Source of the DNA: Ramlibacter sp.
GTDB taxonomy: Bacteria; Pseudomonadota; Gammaproteobacteria; Burkholderiales; Burkholderiaceae_C
Reading direction: 5' to 3'
Assembly (NCBI GenBank): GCA_043766965.1
Contig: JAYUHN010000369.1
Coordinates: 1 to 51,571 of the forward strand
Length of the DNA stretch: 51,571 nucleotides
In this document: positions 21,887-32,321 of the stretch, piece after piece
Layout of the letters: each line of letters starts with the position of its first letter
Numbering within the stretch: position 1 is the stretch's first letter
Made by a program: the position numbers and the translations under genes
The notes under the pieces: model-generated
What the model saw: the letters and a program-made list of their open reading frames with translations, nothing else
The model's database searches: none
What the model was told of the DNA's origin: nothing

Positions 21887-22437
21887 TGCGCGGGCCCCAC
21901 GTCCAGCGCGGCCCACCCGGTCCGGCCAAGTTCGCGGAGCGCGGCCATGTTGGCGCCGTAGATCGACTCCGGATCTGGAAACGCCTCGACGGCCCGCGCG
22001 ATGCTGGATTCGCGCAGGAGGTGGAAGGTCGGGTAGGGCGAGCGGTTGCTGAAGTTGGCCATGTCCCCTTCGCTCGCATCCGCAAAGCAGTAGTCGGGGT
22101 GAAAAGTGGCAAGCTGCACCTCCCCTGCATAGCCGCTTTTGCGGAGCAGTCGGTCGGCGCGACCGGCAACGTCCATGAATTCCAGAAAGTCGCGCAGGCA
22201 ATTTGGGACCACCAACAGCGTAGTTTCGCGTTCGTTCGCATCGCACGCGACCAGCGCTTCGAGTTGCGAGCGAAGATCTTCCAGCACCTGCATCGACGAA
22301 CCGGCGCAACTGATCGCGAAATGCACCAGGCCTCTGGCATGCACGGCTTTCGCAAAGGGGCAGAGGTTCAGGCCGATCACGGCCCGCTCCAGCCACGCCT
22401 GCGTGGTGGCGAGAACAGCCTGGTCCGGCACGGCCAT
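21883..22437 (-). CDS. DUF1415 family protein
   Basis: WLERAVIGLNLCPFAK, QLATFHPDY and NRSPYPTFHLLRE; start MAVPDQ at 22437. Confidence 0.88.
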   Translation of the reverse strand: MAVPDQAVLATTQAWLERAVIGLNLCPFAKAVHARGLVHFAISCAGSSMQVLEDLRSQLEALVACDANERETTLLVVPNCLRDFLEFMDVAGRADRLLRKSGYAGEVQLATFHPDYCFADASEGDMANFSNRSPYPTFHLLRESSIARAVEAFPDPESIYGANMAALRELGRTGWAALDVGPAQ

Positions 22438-22439
22438 GC

Positions 22440-23087
22440 TCAGGCGAAGCGGCTCGGCTGCCCGCATATCAGTTTTGCAAGTTCGTCCAGCACCGGCGTG
22501 AGAAGCTGCGCCGCCGGCCAAGTCGTGGTGGCGATGCCAAACCCGCTCAGGTTCGCAAGGCGAAAAGCCAGCACGGCGTTCTGATGGTCTGGCGTGATCC
22601 GGATGCTGCCCCGCGACTGCGTGGTGTGGTCAAGCCGTATCAGCTGCAGGGAATTTTTTATCGGGTCCCGCACTTCATGGCGCTCATGCTGCACCCATCC
22701 GGCTGCCATACGAGCCTCGATGCGTTGAAGGTCCGGCAGGAAGTTGGCGGAAACGCTGGCAGAAATCGGCCGCCCGGTGCGAGGCAGGATTTGCCAGCCA
22801 ACCGAGATGTAGTCGAACACCTCGCGGTCGCGCAGCATCTTCATGCGCGAATCGATCTGAAAGCCGCTCAGCTTCATGACGGGCCAGGGTGTCTTGCCAT
22901 CAAGGCTCAGGCGCGGGCCCTCCGGTTCAATGATGTTGAGATGGCGCACCATCTCTTCAAGGTAATACAGAATCGTGCGGCAAGTCTGCTCGGTCGCTAG
23001 CGTGCTTGCGTCGTGACTGGCTTGCTGCTCGACCTGCCGGCCGCTCACCGCCCTGGCCTGGAGTTTGAGGTCTTCCAGGAAACTCAT
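22440..23087 (-). CDS. Conserved hypothetical protein
   Basis: 215-aa ORF packed between its neighbours with 0-2 bp gaps; no recognised domain. Confidence 0.75.
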   Translation of the reverse strand: MSFLEDLKLQARAVSGRQVEQQASHDASTLATEQTCRTILYYLEEMVRHLNIIEPEGPRLSLDGKTPWPVMKLSGFQIDSRMKMLRDREVFDYISVGWQILPRTGRPISASVSANFLPDLQRIEARMAAGWVQHERHEVRDPIKNSLQLIRLDHTTQSRGSIRITPDHQNAVLAFRLANLSGFGIATTTWPAAQLLTPVLDELAKLICGQPSRFA

Positions 23088-24362
23088 TCACTTCTCCAGG
23101 TTCGGGGCTGCATGCCGGATTTTAGAGGCCAACCCTCCTTCTTCGCGCTGCAGCACGGCAGCCCGAAGGCGATGCCGGGCTCTGAACGTGAGCGTCGCCC
23201 CTGACAACGCGCACGCCCCGGTCACCAGCCATGTCCACTCCCAGCCGCCCGTCCGGTACGCAGCCCAGGCCACCATAGGGGGGCCGACGAACTGTCCCAA
23301 GCTGGACCACTGCTGCATCCAGCCGATCGTCGTCGAGACGGTTCCATCATCGGGGGCGACGCGCACCGCCAATGCGAACAGCGTCCCGGGAATCACTCCG
23401 CCAAGAGCGGAGAACATCAGCACGGCGCCGTAACGCAGGGCCGCAGCGCCCGCGGGAGCCAGTCCGGAGACAAGCGGCCCGAACGCCAGCCATGCGCCAA
23501 GACCCATTGCGGCGTAGCCCGCAAGGAGCAGACGGTCCGGGGCCACCCCGCGTTGAAGCAACCGCCCGGCGGCAACATTCCCGATGACGTTGACCGCGGC
23601 CGCGGATGCCGTGGCCAGCGCCGTCCAGCGAGCGGAGAGGCCGGCCTGCGAATAGATGGTCGGCAGAAAGCCGATCACGGCGAGCCACTGGGCCGAATAG
23701 ACTGCGAAGCACAAGGCAACGATCCAGGGACCGCGCGACGCGAGAGTTTCGCGCAGGCGCACCGGCCAGTCCAGCCACACCGTCGCCCGTGGCTGCGAGC
23801 GCGTCTCCGCCGGTACGACGGCAGCCACGAGGATGGCGGTGGCAAAGGTGATCGCGGCCATGAGCTCCCACAGTCCGGCCCATCCGAGCCCCGCCATCAC
23901 CGCCGGGCCGGCAAGGAGCGCCAGCGCCGTGCCGACGGGCATGAACGTGCTCCACACGCCCAGCGCCGCATTCAGCCGGGCAGGCGCAACCAGGCGTCGG
24001 ATCAGGCCCGGCCCGGGCATGGTGACCAGCAAAAAGCCAAAGCCCTCCACCGCCCGCAAAAGCAGCAGGTCCGACGGCTGGCGAGCCAGACCGCCCAAGG
24101 CACTTGCAACAGCAAGGATGCCCAGGCCGCTCAGCATCGTCCGCCGCAGTCCGAAAGCATCGGCAACCAATCCAACCGCAACGCCAAGCGACATTCCGGC
24201 CAGCTGAACCAGCGACAGAAGAAAGCCGGCTTGCAACACACTGACGTCGAGAGCGTCACGCAATACGGGCAAGGCAGCGGGAAGCTTGCCGACGTGCAAC
24301 GCGGCGCAAATACCGGCCACGATGACCACCAGTGCCGGCCGCAACGGCCTCGACCCGTTCAT
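23088..24362 (-). CDS. MFS transporter (CynX/NimT-like)
   Basis: About 12 hydrophobic segments; GLVADAFGLRR motif A-like, LRAVEGFG and GQFVGPP. Confidence 0.88.
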   Translation of the reverse strand: MNGSRPLRPALVVIVAGICAALHVGKLPAALPVLRDALDVSVLQAGFLLSLVQLAGMSLGVAVGLVADAFGLRRTMLSGLGILAVASALGGLARQPSDLLLLRAVEGFGFLLVTMPGPGLIRRLVAPARLNAALGVWSTFMPVGTALALLAGPAVMAGLGWAGLWELMAAITFATAILVAAVVPAETRSQPRATVWLDWPVRLRETLASRGPWIVALCFAVYSAQWLAVIGFLPTIYSQAGLSARWTALATASAAAVNVIGNVAAGRLLQRGVAPDRLLLAGYAAMGLGAWLAFGPLVSGLAPAGAAALRYGAVLMFSALGGVIPGTLFALAVRVAPDDGTVSTTIGWMQQWSSLGQFVGPPMVAWAAYRTGGWEWTWLVTGACALSGATLTFRARHRLRAAVLQREEGGLASKIRHAAPNLEK

Positions 24363-25519
24363 TCCAGCAGGCGCCGCCCGGTCAGGCGCTCGTGCTCGCG
24401 CCCGGCAAAGCGGTCGGTCATGCCGGCGATGTAGTCGGCAATGGCTCGCGGCATGTCCGGCCGAGACGCAAACCCGGCCTGCATTTGCGCCGGGTCTGCG
24501 CAGTAAGCGTCGAACAGCTCACGGACCACCACCTTGGCCTGCACCGTCATCTGGAGGACCTGTGGGTGGCGGTACAGATTGAGCAACAGGAAGCCCTTGA
24601 GCTGAGCCGAGCGCTCACGCATCCTGCCGCTGAACCGGACCAGCGGCGGCAGGCTGCGCACCTGCTCGACGGTCATCGGGCCCGCATCGCTGACGGCGCG
24701 CGCGGTCTGGGCGACCACGTCGTACACCTGCGCGCTGAGCATCCGCCGGATGGACTCGTACAGCAGCCGGCGTCCCTGCAAACGGGGATAGGCCGTCAGC
24801 GCATCACTCGCGTGCTGCTGGAACAGGTCCACCTGCTCGAGCTGCTCGAGCGAGATCAACCCGGAGCGCACGCCGTCGTCGATGTCATGCGCGTTATAGG
24901 CAATTTCATCGGCCACGTTGCACAACTGGGCTTCCAGGCTTGGCTGTGTCCGTTGCAGGAAGCGATGGCCGACGCCGCCCGGCTCACCGAGCTCAAGCCG
25001 CTGGGCGTTGGCTTGGGAACAATGCTTCAGGATTCCTTCGCGGGTTTCAAACGTGAGGTTCAGGCCGTCGAACGCCGGATAGCGCTCTTCTAGCCGGTCG
25101 ACCACGCGCAGGCTTTGCAGGTTATGTTCGAAGCCGCCGTACGAGCGCATGCATTCGTCCAGCGCGTCCTGTCCCGCGTGGCCGAAGGGCGTGTGCCCTA
25201 AATCATGGGCCAGGGCCACGGCCTCGATCAGATCCTCATTCAGGCCCAGCGAGCGGCCGATCGATCGCCCGAGCTGGGCGACCTCCAGAGAGTGAGTCAG
25301 CCGCGTCCGGAACAGGTCTCCTTCATGGTTGAGGAACACCTGGGTCTTGTAGACCAAACGGCGGAAGGCCGTCGAATGGACGATCCGGTCACGATCCCGT
25401 TGGTATTCGGTGCGGGTCGGCGCCGGCTCCTCCTCGTGGCGGCGGCCCCGTGACCGGGCTGGGTCACACGCTTGCGGCGCCAGCGCCGTGGCCTGCGGTC
25501 GGCCGGCTAGCGGCAGCAC
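24359..25519 (-). CDS. dgt: Deoxyguanosinetriphosphate triphosphohydrolase (HD domain)
   Basis: [39 protein letters not shown] and [10 protein letters not shown]; start uncertain. Confidence 0.93.
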   Translation of the reverse strand: MLPLAGRPQATALAPQACDPARSRGRRHEEEPAPTRTEYQRDRDRIVHSTAFRRLVYKTQVFLNHEGDLFRTRLTHSLEVAQLGRSIGRSLGLNEDLIEAVALAHDLGHTPFGHAGQDALDECMRSYGGFEHNLQSLRVVDRLEERYPAFDGLNLTFETREGILKHCSQANAQRLELGEPGGVGHRFLQRTQPSLEAQLCNVADEIAYNAHDIDDGVRSGLISLEQLEQVDLFQQHASDALTAYPRLQGRRLLYESIRRMLSAQVYDVVAQTARAVSDAGPMTVEQVRSLPPLVRFSGRMRERSAQLKGFLLLNLYRHPQVLQMTVQAKVVVRELFDAYCADPAQMQAGFASRPDMPRAIADYIAGMTDRFAGREHERLTGRRLLE

Positions 25520-26613
25520 TGCTCGATCACCTCGCGTACGAGGGCGTCAGGTGCATGGCGCACGGCCGCACGCCCCGGTCCATCGATGACAACGAACTTG
25601 ATTTCACCCGCTTCAGCCTTCTTGTCATGGCGCATCAGGTCGAGGTAACGATCAGCTCCGAGTGGCGGACCCTTGACCGGCAGGCCTGCCTTGCGAATGA
25701 GCTGCGTCAGCCGCTCGACGAACGCGGCATCGATGCCGCCGAGGCGTTGCGACAGGTGGGCGGCCATCACCATGCCGCAGCCGACGCCCTCTCCATGCAG
25801 CCACTGTCCATAGCCCATTCCCGCCTCGATGGCGTGACCGAAGGTATGACCGAAATTGAGGATCGCACGCAATCCCTCGTCACGCTCGTCCTGCGCGACG
25901 ACCCGGGCCTTGAGCTCGCAACTGCGGACCACTGCGTGCGCCAGCGCGGGGGCGTCGCGGGCCGCCAGCGCTTCGATATTGCGCTCGATCCATTCCAGGA
26001 ACTCCATGTCCATGATGGGTCCGTACTTGATCACTTCCGCCAAGCCGGCGCCCAGCTCGCGTGCCGGTAGTGTCTGCAAGGTGTCGAGGTCGCAGATCAC
26101 CTGCGTCGGCTGGTAGAACGCGCCGACCATGTTCTTGCCCAACGGATGGTTGATCGCCGTCTTGCCGCCGACCGACGAATCGACTTGCGCCAGCAACGTC
26201 GTAGGCACCTGGACGAAAGGCACGCCCCGCATATAACTGGCGGCGGCAAAGCCAGCCATGTCTCCGACCACGCCGCCGCCCAGAGCGAAAAGCACGGTCT
26301 TCCGGTCGCAACGCTGCTTCAGCAGTGCGTCGAATACCAGGTTCAGGGTCTGCCAGTCCTTGTGCTGTTCCCCGTCCGGAAGCAGCACGGTGTAAACCGT
26401 GCTGTATCGCTGGCGCAGGATGCGTTCCAGCCGCGAACCGTACAACGGCGCGACGGTGACGTTGCTGACGATCATGGCCGCCGAAGCCGCAGGCGTATCG
26501 GCCCAGACGGCGGCATCGTCGAGCAAGCCCGCCCCCACATCGATCGGGTAGCTGCGCTGGCCCAATTCGATGGTGAGGCGGCGGGACGCGGGGAGATCGG
26601 CGGCAGCGGGCAT
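25507..26613 (-). CDS. aroB: 3-dehydroquinate synthase
   Basis: [23 protein letters not shown] and [12 protein letters not shown]. Confidence 0.97.
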   Translation of the reverse strand: MPAAADLPASRRLTIELGQRSYPIDVGAGLLDDAAVWADTPAASAAMIVSNVTVAPLYGSRLERILRQRYSTVYTVLLPDGEQHKDWQTLNLVFDALLKQRCDRKTVLFALGGGVVGDMAGFAAASYMRGVPFVQVPTTLLAQVDSSVGGKTAINHPLGKNMVGAFYQPTQVICDLDTLQTLPARELGAGLAEVIKYGPIMDMEFLEWIERNIEALAARDAPALAHAVVRSCELKARVVAQDERDEGLRAILNFGHTFGHAIEAGMGYGQWLHGEGVGCGMVMAAHLSQRLGGIDAAFVERLTQLIRKAGLPVKGPPLGADRYLDLMRHDKKAEAGEIKFVVIDGPGRAAVRHAPDALVREVIEQCCR

Positions 26614-26655
26614 GGCACCCAGTTTACGGCTCTCGCGGCGGTCCGTTCGCCCGCG

Positions 26656-27180
26656 TCAGCTGCCGGAAACGAACCCCGACGCTTCGAGCTCCTTCAGGAT
26701 GAGGTTCACCAAGCTGGGAACGGACGGCTTTCCGGTCTCGATCACGATGTGCGCCACCTCGCGATACAGCGGGTCGCGCTCGGCGTGAAGCATGTGCAGG
26801 CGCGCCAGCGGATCGTCGACCTGAAGCAGGGGCCTTTTGTCGTCGTGTCGCACGCGGCGAAAGACTTGTTCCGGCGTGGAGCGCAGGTAGATCACCCTGC
26901 CGCTCGAATGCAGCCGTTCACGGTTCGCCTGCCGCAGCACCGCCCCTCCGCCGGTGGCGAGCACGCCCTCCGGCAACTTCATCAGCTCTTCGATCGCGCT
27001 TTGCTCGACGTCGCGAAAGGCGGCCTCACCCTCGCGAGCGAAAAAGTCAGCGATCGAGCAGCCGATCTCCTGCTCGATCACATGATCCGAATCGCGGAAG
27101 GGCAGTGCCAGCCGCCGGGCGAGTTGCCGCCCGACGGTGGACTTGCCGGAACCGGGAAGCCCGACCAGCACCAGGCGCAT
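26656..27180 (-). CDS. aroK: Shikimate kinase
   Basis: GLPGSGKSTVG, GEAAFR, ATGGG, RPLL and RDPLY. Confidence 0.96.
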   Translation of the reverse strand: MRLVLVGLPGSGKSTVGRQLARRLALPFRDSDHVIEQEIGCSIADFFAREGEAAFRDVEQSAIEELMKLPEGVLATGGGAVLRQANRERLHSSGRVIYLRSTPEQVFRRVRHDDKRPLLQVDDPLARLHMLHAERDPLYREVAHIVIETGKPSVPSLVNLILKELEASGFVSGS

Positions 27181-27203
27181 CGGAGCGCCGCCTGGCTGCC
27201 GTA

Positions 27204-29615
27204 TCAGTTCGCGGTCAAGCAGTTATTGACTCCGTAGGCGGGCGTGAGGAATGAACCGTTCGGGATGTCCGCCTGCAGGACGTCAGTCACGAACGGTCGC
27301 TCGGCCAAGCCTTGCGATCCCGCGACGTTGGCCGTGACCCGGACTTTATACGCAAGCCATCCTCCGTACCGCTGCGAATACTGGACCCTGATGATCAGGA
27401 TGCCGTTCGAATTAGTGGTGGTGACCAGCGGATCGTCGTAGCTGATGATCATGTCGCTGCGGCGCGGCTGCAACGTGGCCTGGCCGTTAGCGTCAAGGCT
27501 GCCATCGCGGTTTTCGCCGAGGTCGGCCACGCCATTGCGATTGGTGTCCTCGTTCTGGCACCAGTAGAAGACGGTGCTACTGCCGGCAGCGGGAAGCGTC
27601 GCGTCCGCAGTTAGAGAAGTCGGCACAGTCGACAGGCTGGGGCCGCTCCACCGGGCGGATTTGCCGTAATGGGTGAGGTCCAGCGAAATGTCGACCGGGG
27701 CGTTGCCTACCGCCTTGCCGGCAGAATCGGCGACGGTGATTGCGAAACGCTTGATATAGGTTCCCGATACCGACTGGAGGACGTTGTCATCTCCAATGGA
27801 TACTGCCAAGGCGGCGCCGGCCACGGTCAAAGTGGTGGCCACCGTCTGGGCGGGCGCGCACGGCTTCGGGGGAACCGGGTCCGTCGCCGAATAACACGCG
27901 CTGATCTGCACTCCATTGGTCGGACTGGAGTTCTGGCCGGCGATGTACTGCGCGCTCACTACACCTGAATTGTCGGTGATCAGGGTTTGCGTGCCGCTGG
28001 TGATCGAAGAGCCGATCGCTGCCAGCCCTGTCGTCAGGTCATCGAAGCGCACCCGGACATTGGTGACCGGATTGCCTGCGCTGTCCAGGAAAAGGAAGCG
28101 CAGGTTCGAGCGGTTCGCAGTCGAACCGATAGCGTTCACCGCCAGCACGTTCGGCGATGCAGCCAAAGAAGGGAATGCTCCGGCCGGGATCACCGCATTC
28201 GGTATGACACCGGCGGTGACGACCTGAATCTGCGTCGGCGCAGAGGTGACCCCGTTCCCCGCTGCGCTGATGGTGTAAGTACCCGTGCCGGCCGGAGCGG
28301 TGAAGGGCTGACTGGCTTGCCCGCTGAGATCGGTGACAAAGGTTTGACCGGCGATGCCCGGCACCGTGCCCGCCAAAGTGATCGTTGCTCCGGAAATGGG
28401 GTTAAGCGAAGAATCCTGCAAGACCGCCGAGATTGTTCCCGGCTGGCTGGGCGCCAGTGTGCTCGGCTGGGCCTGGATGGTCAATTTGCTTCCTATCACC
28501 TGAACAGACGTGCGACGGACGATCCCGTTGATGGTCACCGTCACCGTGATCGTCCGATTTGACTTGTCGGAGCCGATAAAAACGTTGCCAGTGTAGGTGC
28601 CCTGCGTATTGGTGGTCGTTCCACCACTCGGAATGAACACGCTGTTCTGGTCAGTGGTGACTGCCACGGTTGCACCCGAAACGACGTTCCGACTGACATC
28701 CAGCGCGATCACGGTCAATTGCGCCTTGTCGGTACCGCTATTGGTGATCGTTGGCTTGTCCATGAACAGAACCATGTCCGTCACCGGCACTACAACCGGC
28801 CCGGTCGGCGTGGTGGTTGTCCCCCCGCCTGGTGTCGTCGGGACGACGACAGGCGCCGGCGCCACGTCCAGCGTGATCTGCTTCACGACGCCGTTGACGG
28901 TCACCAAAAGGACGATGGTGCGGAACGTCTTGTCCGACCCGGCCGACACCGTACCGGTGAGGATACCGGCGGCGTTCGTCAAGTTGGAGGTACCGGTGGG
29001 GGTGTAAATCGCGTTCTGCCCGGCGGCAACGGCAACCGCCGCGCCTGCAACCACGTTGCGGTTGGCATCGACCGTCACCACGGTCAGCACGGCGGTATCC
29101 GTTCCCGTGTTGGTGATGGACGATTTGTCCGTCAGCAAGGCGAAGTCCGCCACCGATACCGGGGCAGGACCGGTCGTCGCGATATCCGCAACCTGCACCG
29201 TCATTTGCTTGGTGATGCCGTTTGCCGTCGCGGTGATGGTGATGAGTCGGTTGGTACGATCGGAACCGATCGTCAACGTGCCGGAATAGGTTCCTGTGGC
29301 ATCGGTGGCCGTGCCGCCCGGTGCGAAAATGCTGTTCTTGTCGGTGGACACACCCACGGTCGCGCCAGAAAGAGCGTTACGGTTGGCGTCCACGGCAATG
29401 ACGGTCACTGTCACCTTGTCAGCCCCGGAGTTGGCGATGGACGTCTTGTCCGTGTAGATTGCCATATCGGCGACGAGCGTGGTCGGCCCTGGGGCTGGTG
29501 TCGCTACCGAGCCCGTGCCCGTGAAGATCGCGCCTGGGCTGCCTCCGCCCCCGCCGCAAGAGGCGAGCATTGCGGCGATGAACAATGCCGCCAACAATTT
29601 AAAAAAGCGAGTCAT
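27204..29615 (-). CDS. Large lipoprotein with tandem bacterial Ig-like (Big_1/invasin-type) repeats
   Basis: Start MTRFFKLLAALFIAAMLAS-C (lipobox) then GGGGGSPG. Three ~95-aa repeats (DKxxIxNxGxD...TVxxxDxxRNxxxGAxV), Pro/Thr linkers and a C-terminal EDTNRNG motif; 803 aa. Confidence 0.85.
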   Translation of the reverse strand: MTRFFKLLAALFIAAMLASCGGGGGSPGAIFTGTGSVATPAPGPTTLVADMAIYTDKTSIANSGADKVTVTVIAVDANRNALSGATVGVSTDKNSIFAPGGTATDATGTYSGTLTIGSDRTNRLITITATANGITKQMTVQVADIATTGPAPVSVADFALLTDKSSITNTGTDTAVLTVVTVDANRNVVAGAAVAVAAGQNAIYTPTGTSNLTNAAGILTGTVSAGSDKTFRTIVLLVTVNGVVKQITLDVAPAPVVVPTTPGGGTTTTPTGPVVVPVTDMVLFMDKPTITNSGTDKAQLTVIALDVSRNVVSGATVAVTTDQNSVFIPSGGTTTNTQGTYTGNVFIGSDKSNRTITVTVTINGIVRRTSVQVIGSKLTIQAQPSTLAPSQPGTISAVLQDSSLNPISGATITLAGTVPGIAGQTFVTDLSGQASQPFTAPAGTGTYTISAAGNGVTSAPTQIQVVTAGVIPNAVIPAGAFPSLAASPNVLAVNAIGSTANRSNLRFLFLDSAGNPVTNVRVRFDDLTTGLAAIGSSITSGTQTLITDNSGVVSAQYIAGQNSSPTNGVQISACYSATDPVPPKPCAPAQTVATTLTVAGAALAVSIGDDNVLQSVSGTYIKRFAITVADSAGKAVGNAPVDISLDLTHYGKSARWSGPSLSTVPTSLTADATLPAAGSSTVFYWCQNEDTNRNGVADLGENRDGSLDANGQATLQPRRSDMIISYDDPLVTTTNSNGILIIRVQYSQRYGGWLAYKVRVTANVAGSQGLAERPFVTDVLQADIPNGSFLTPAYGVNNCLTAN

Positions 29616-29658
29616 GAAACTTCCTTTGTCCAACGTCTTTAAGGTCCGGGGAACAGGC

Positions 29659-31782
29659 TCAGCGGGCGCCGGCGCGGTCCGCAATCATTTTTGGGGTGAT
29701 GAACACAAGCATTTCCTGTTTGTTTGAAGTGCGCTGCCTGGTCTTGAACAAGTTCCCGACGGCCGGCAGATCTCCCAGGAAAGGCACCTTCGCTTCGTTT
29801 TCGCTTTCCGTCAGTTCGAAGATGCCGCCGATCACCACTGTCCCGCCGTTCTCCACCAGCACCTGCGTCTTGATGTGCTTCGTATTGATCGCGATACCTG
29901 CCGCCGTTGTTTCACCGCGGCTGTCCTTGCTGATGTCCAGGTCCAGGATGATGTTGCCTTCGGGCGTGATCTGCGGCGTGACTTCCAGGCGCAAGGTGGC
30001 GCGGCGGAATGCAACGGAAGTCGCTCCGCTGGACGTTGCCTGCTGGTACGGGAATTCCGTGCCTTGCTCGATCAACGCCTTGGTCTGGTCCGCCGTCACG
30101 ATTCGGGGGCTCGACACCAGTCGGCCCTTGCCGTCGGCTTCGAGGGCCGAGAGCTCGAGGTTCAGGAAGCGGTTGGCCGCCGCGCTGAACAGGGAGATGG
30201 CGAAGCTGGAAGGCGTGAATCCGCCTTGTCCGACTGCCGGCAGGTTCACAAAACTAGTGTTGATCGTGTCCAGTTTCGTCGAGCTCTCTCCGGTCGTTCC
30301 GGATACGGCGTTGTATGTGCCGCCGATGGCGACCCGGCTGGCGCCACTCACCGAGTAACCGGGGTCGCCGCCACGGATACCGCGCAGATCGCTCCCGCCG
30401 AGACGTACTCCGAGCGACTTGCCGAACGTGTCGGACGCTTCGACGATGCGCGCCTCGATCAGCACCTGGCGCACCGCGATGTCGAGCTTTCCGATCAGCT
30501 GCTGCACCTGCTCCAGTTTTCCCGGAATGTCGGTCACAAAAAGCTGATTGGTGCGCGGTTCGGCGATGACGCTGCCCCGGATGCTCAAGATCCTTGCGGC
30601 ACCGACGCCGGTTGTCAGTTGCGCGGCAATTTCCGCGGCTTTGGTGTAGTTCAGCTGGAATGACTGGGTCCGCAGCGGCTCCAGATTCTGGATGGCAGCA
30701 CGAGACTCCAGGTCCAGCTTTTCCTTGGCTGCCAGCTCATCCCTTGGAGCGATCAGCAGTACATTGCCCGTTTTGCGCATGCCGAGGCCCTTGGCCTGCA
30801 TGATGATGTCGAGCGCCTGGTCCCACGGAACATCTTTCAGCCGCAGCGTCACGGCGCCGGTCACCGAGTCGGACGTCACGATGTTGAAATTCGTGAAGTC
30901 GGCAATGACTTGCAGCAAAGAACGCACTTCGATGTTCTGGAAATTCAGCGAAAGCTTTTCGCCGCTGTAGCCCGGCCCCTGCGTCAGCTTGCTCGGGTCC
31001 ACCTTCTGCTGCCGCACTTCGACCACGAACTGGTTGTCACTCTGGTAAGCGCTGTGCTCCCACGCGCCCCTGGGCTCGATCACGACGCGAACGCGGTCGC
31101 CGGTCTGGAAGGTCGTGATGGTCTGGACCGGAGTGCCGAAGTCGGACACATCGAGGCGACGGCGCAGGCCTTCGGGAAGGGTGGATTTCAGGAATTCGAC
31201 CACCAGCGTCTGGCCCTGCTGGCGGATATCGACGCCGACCTGGTTGTTGGGCAGGTCGACGACGACCCGGCCGGAGCTGTCCGGACCGCGGCGAAAATCG
31301 AGGTCGCGCAGCGGCTGGGTGTCGCGGTTGCGGCTTTCGGCAAAGGCCGGGGTGCCGCTCGGCGCGGGTGTCGCGGCGGAGGTCGAATCGAGGGAGATCA
31401 GCAGCGACTTGCCGGACAATTCTGCCTTGTACGAGGCCGGGGACTTGAGGTTCAGGACCAGCCGGGTCCGCTCCCCGGCCTGCACCACGTTCACCGACCG
31501 GACGTTGCCCTGGTTGATTTCAACGGTGGACCGGCCCAATCCGTTGGACGCCCCTGGGACGTCCAGGGCAATCCGCGCCGGGGCCTGGATTGCAAAGCCG
31601 GCAGGAACAGCGTCCAGCGGCTGGGAGAAATCAACCCGGACGACCTCGACGCCACCCTGGATCGAGCTCGATACGGCTTCCACCACCGTCTGAGCCTGCG
31701 CTGCGAGCGACAGGCCCGCAAACAGGAAACCCGCGCACACGCGCCACGTTCGGCGCAAGCTTGTCCAGTGAGTTTTTTTCAT
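29659..31782 (-). CDS. pilQ: Type IV pilus secretin PilQ
   Basis: Start MKKTHW at 31782. AMIN-like domains, SLNFQNIEVR, VPWDQALD, QVLIEARIVE and KVPFLGDLP...FITPK. Confidence 0.96.
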   Translation of the reverse strand: MKKTHWTSLRRTWRVCAGFLFAGLSLAAQAQTVVEAVSSSIQGGVEVVRVDFSQPLDAVPAGFAIQAPARIALDVPGASNGLGRSTVEINQGNVRSVNVVQAGERTRLVLNLKSPASYKAELSGKSLLISLDSTSAATPAPSGTPAFAESRNRDTQPLRDLDFRRGPDSSGRVVVDLPNNQVGVDIRQQGQTLVVEFLKSTLPEGLRRRLDVSDFGTPVQTITTFQTGDRVRVVIEPRGAWEHSAYQSDNQFVVEVRQQKVDPSKLTQGPGYSGEKLSLNFQNIEVRSLLQVIADFTNFNIVTSDSVTGAVTLRLKDVPWDQALDIIMQAKGLGMRKTGNVLLIAPRDELAAKEKLDLESRAAIQNLEPLRTQSFQLNYTKAAEIAAQLTTGVGAARILSIRGSVIAEPRTNQLFVTDIPGKLEQVQQLIGKLDIAVRQVLIEARIVEASDTFGKSLGVRLGGSDLRGIRGGDPGYSVSGASRVAIGGTYNAVSGTTGESSTKLDTINTSFVNLPAVGQGGFTPSSFAISLFSAAANRFLNLELSALEADGKGRLVSSPRIVTADQTKALIEQGTEFPYQQATSSGATSVAFRRATLRLEVTPQITPEGNIILDLDISKDSRGETTAAGIAINTKHIKTQVLVENGGTVVIGGIFELTESENEAKVPFLGDLPAVGNLFKTRQRTSNKQEMLVFITPKMIADRAGAR

Positions 31783-32321
31783 TTTGATCTCTCTTGCAGT
31801 TGCAATGTGGCAGTTCGCTCGATCCACTCCCCGCCGGCGTCCTGCACGATCTCGCGCAGCGACAGATCGGTTTCGCCGACCTTCGTGATACGGCCGTAGT
31901 TTTGTCCCAGGTAATTTCCAGGGTGGACTTGATACAGCAGGGCGTCGATCTTGATCAGAGCCACTGGCTGGCCCAGTTTCACCAGGCTGCCGACCATCAC
32001 CATTGCGTCCAGCGGGAAACTTTCGAGCGGCTCCTTGCGCCGCGCAAGTTCCGGCGCGACCAGGCCGGCGTTGGCGCTGACCTGCGCCGAATCGCGCTTG
32101 AGGGCCTGCGTCAGTTTCTGGTTGCTGAAGGGATCGGTCGCGGCTTCCTGGGTGTACGCCTGCGGCGCGAACTTCTTGGGTGCCGGGATTGGCTGCACGT
32201 TGGGGCGGGTCTGTGCCCGCTGCTCGGTCATCCACTTCTGCAATTCATCCTGGTCGGAGGAGCCGCATCCACCAAGCACGGCGATCAGTGCGAGCCAAGG
32301 CAAGGCGCGTGAAAAGTTCAT
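31779..32321 (-). CDS. pilP: Type IV pilus lipoprotein PilP
   Basis: Lipobox LGGC; RRKEPLESFPLD and GNYLGQNYG. Confidence 0.95.
   Translation of the reverse strand: MNFSRALPWLALIAVLGGCGSSDQDELQKWMTEQRAQTRPNVQPIPAPKKFAPQAYTQEAATDPFSNQKLTQALKRDSAQVSANAGLVAPELARRKEPLESFPLDAMVMVGSLVKLGQPVALIKIDALLYQVHPGNYLGQNYGRITKVGETDLSLREIVQDAGGEWIERTATLQLQERSK

Noticed and set aside
24359-25519. dGTPase as an anti-phage defence gene
   Set aside because: It is a short housekeeping-type Dgt in the usual aroB-linked position, with no defence-island context.
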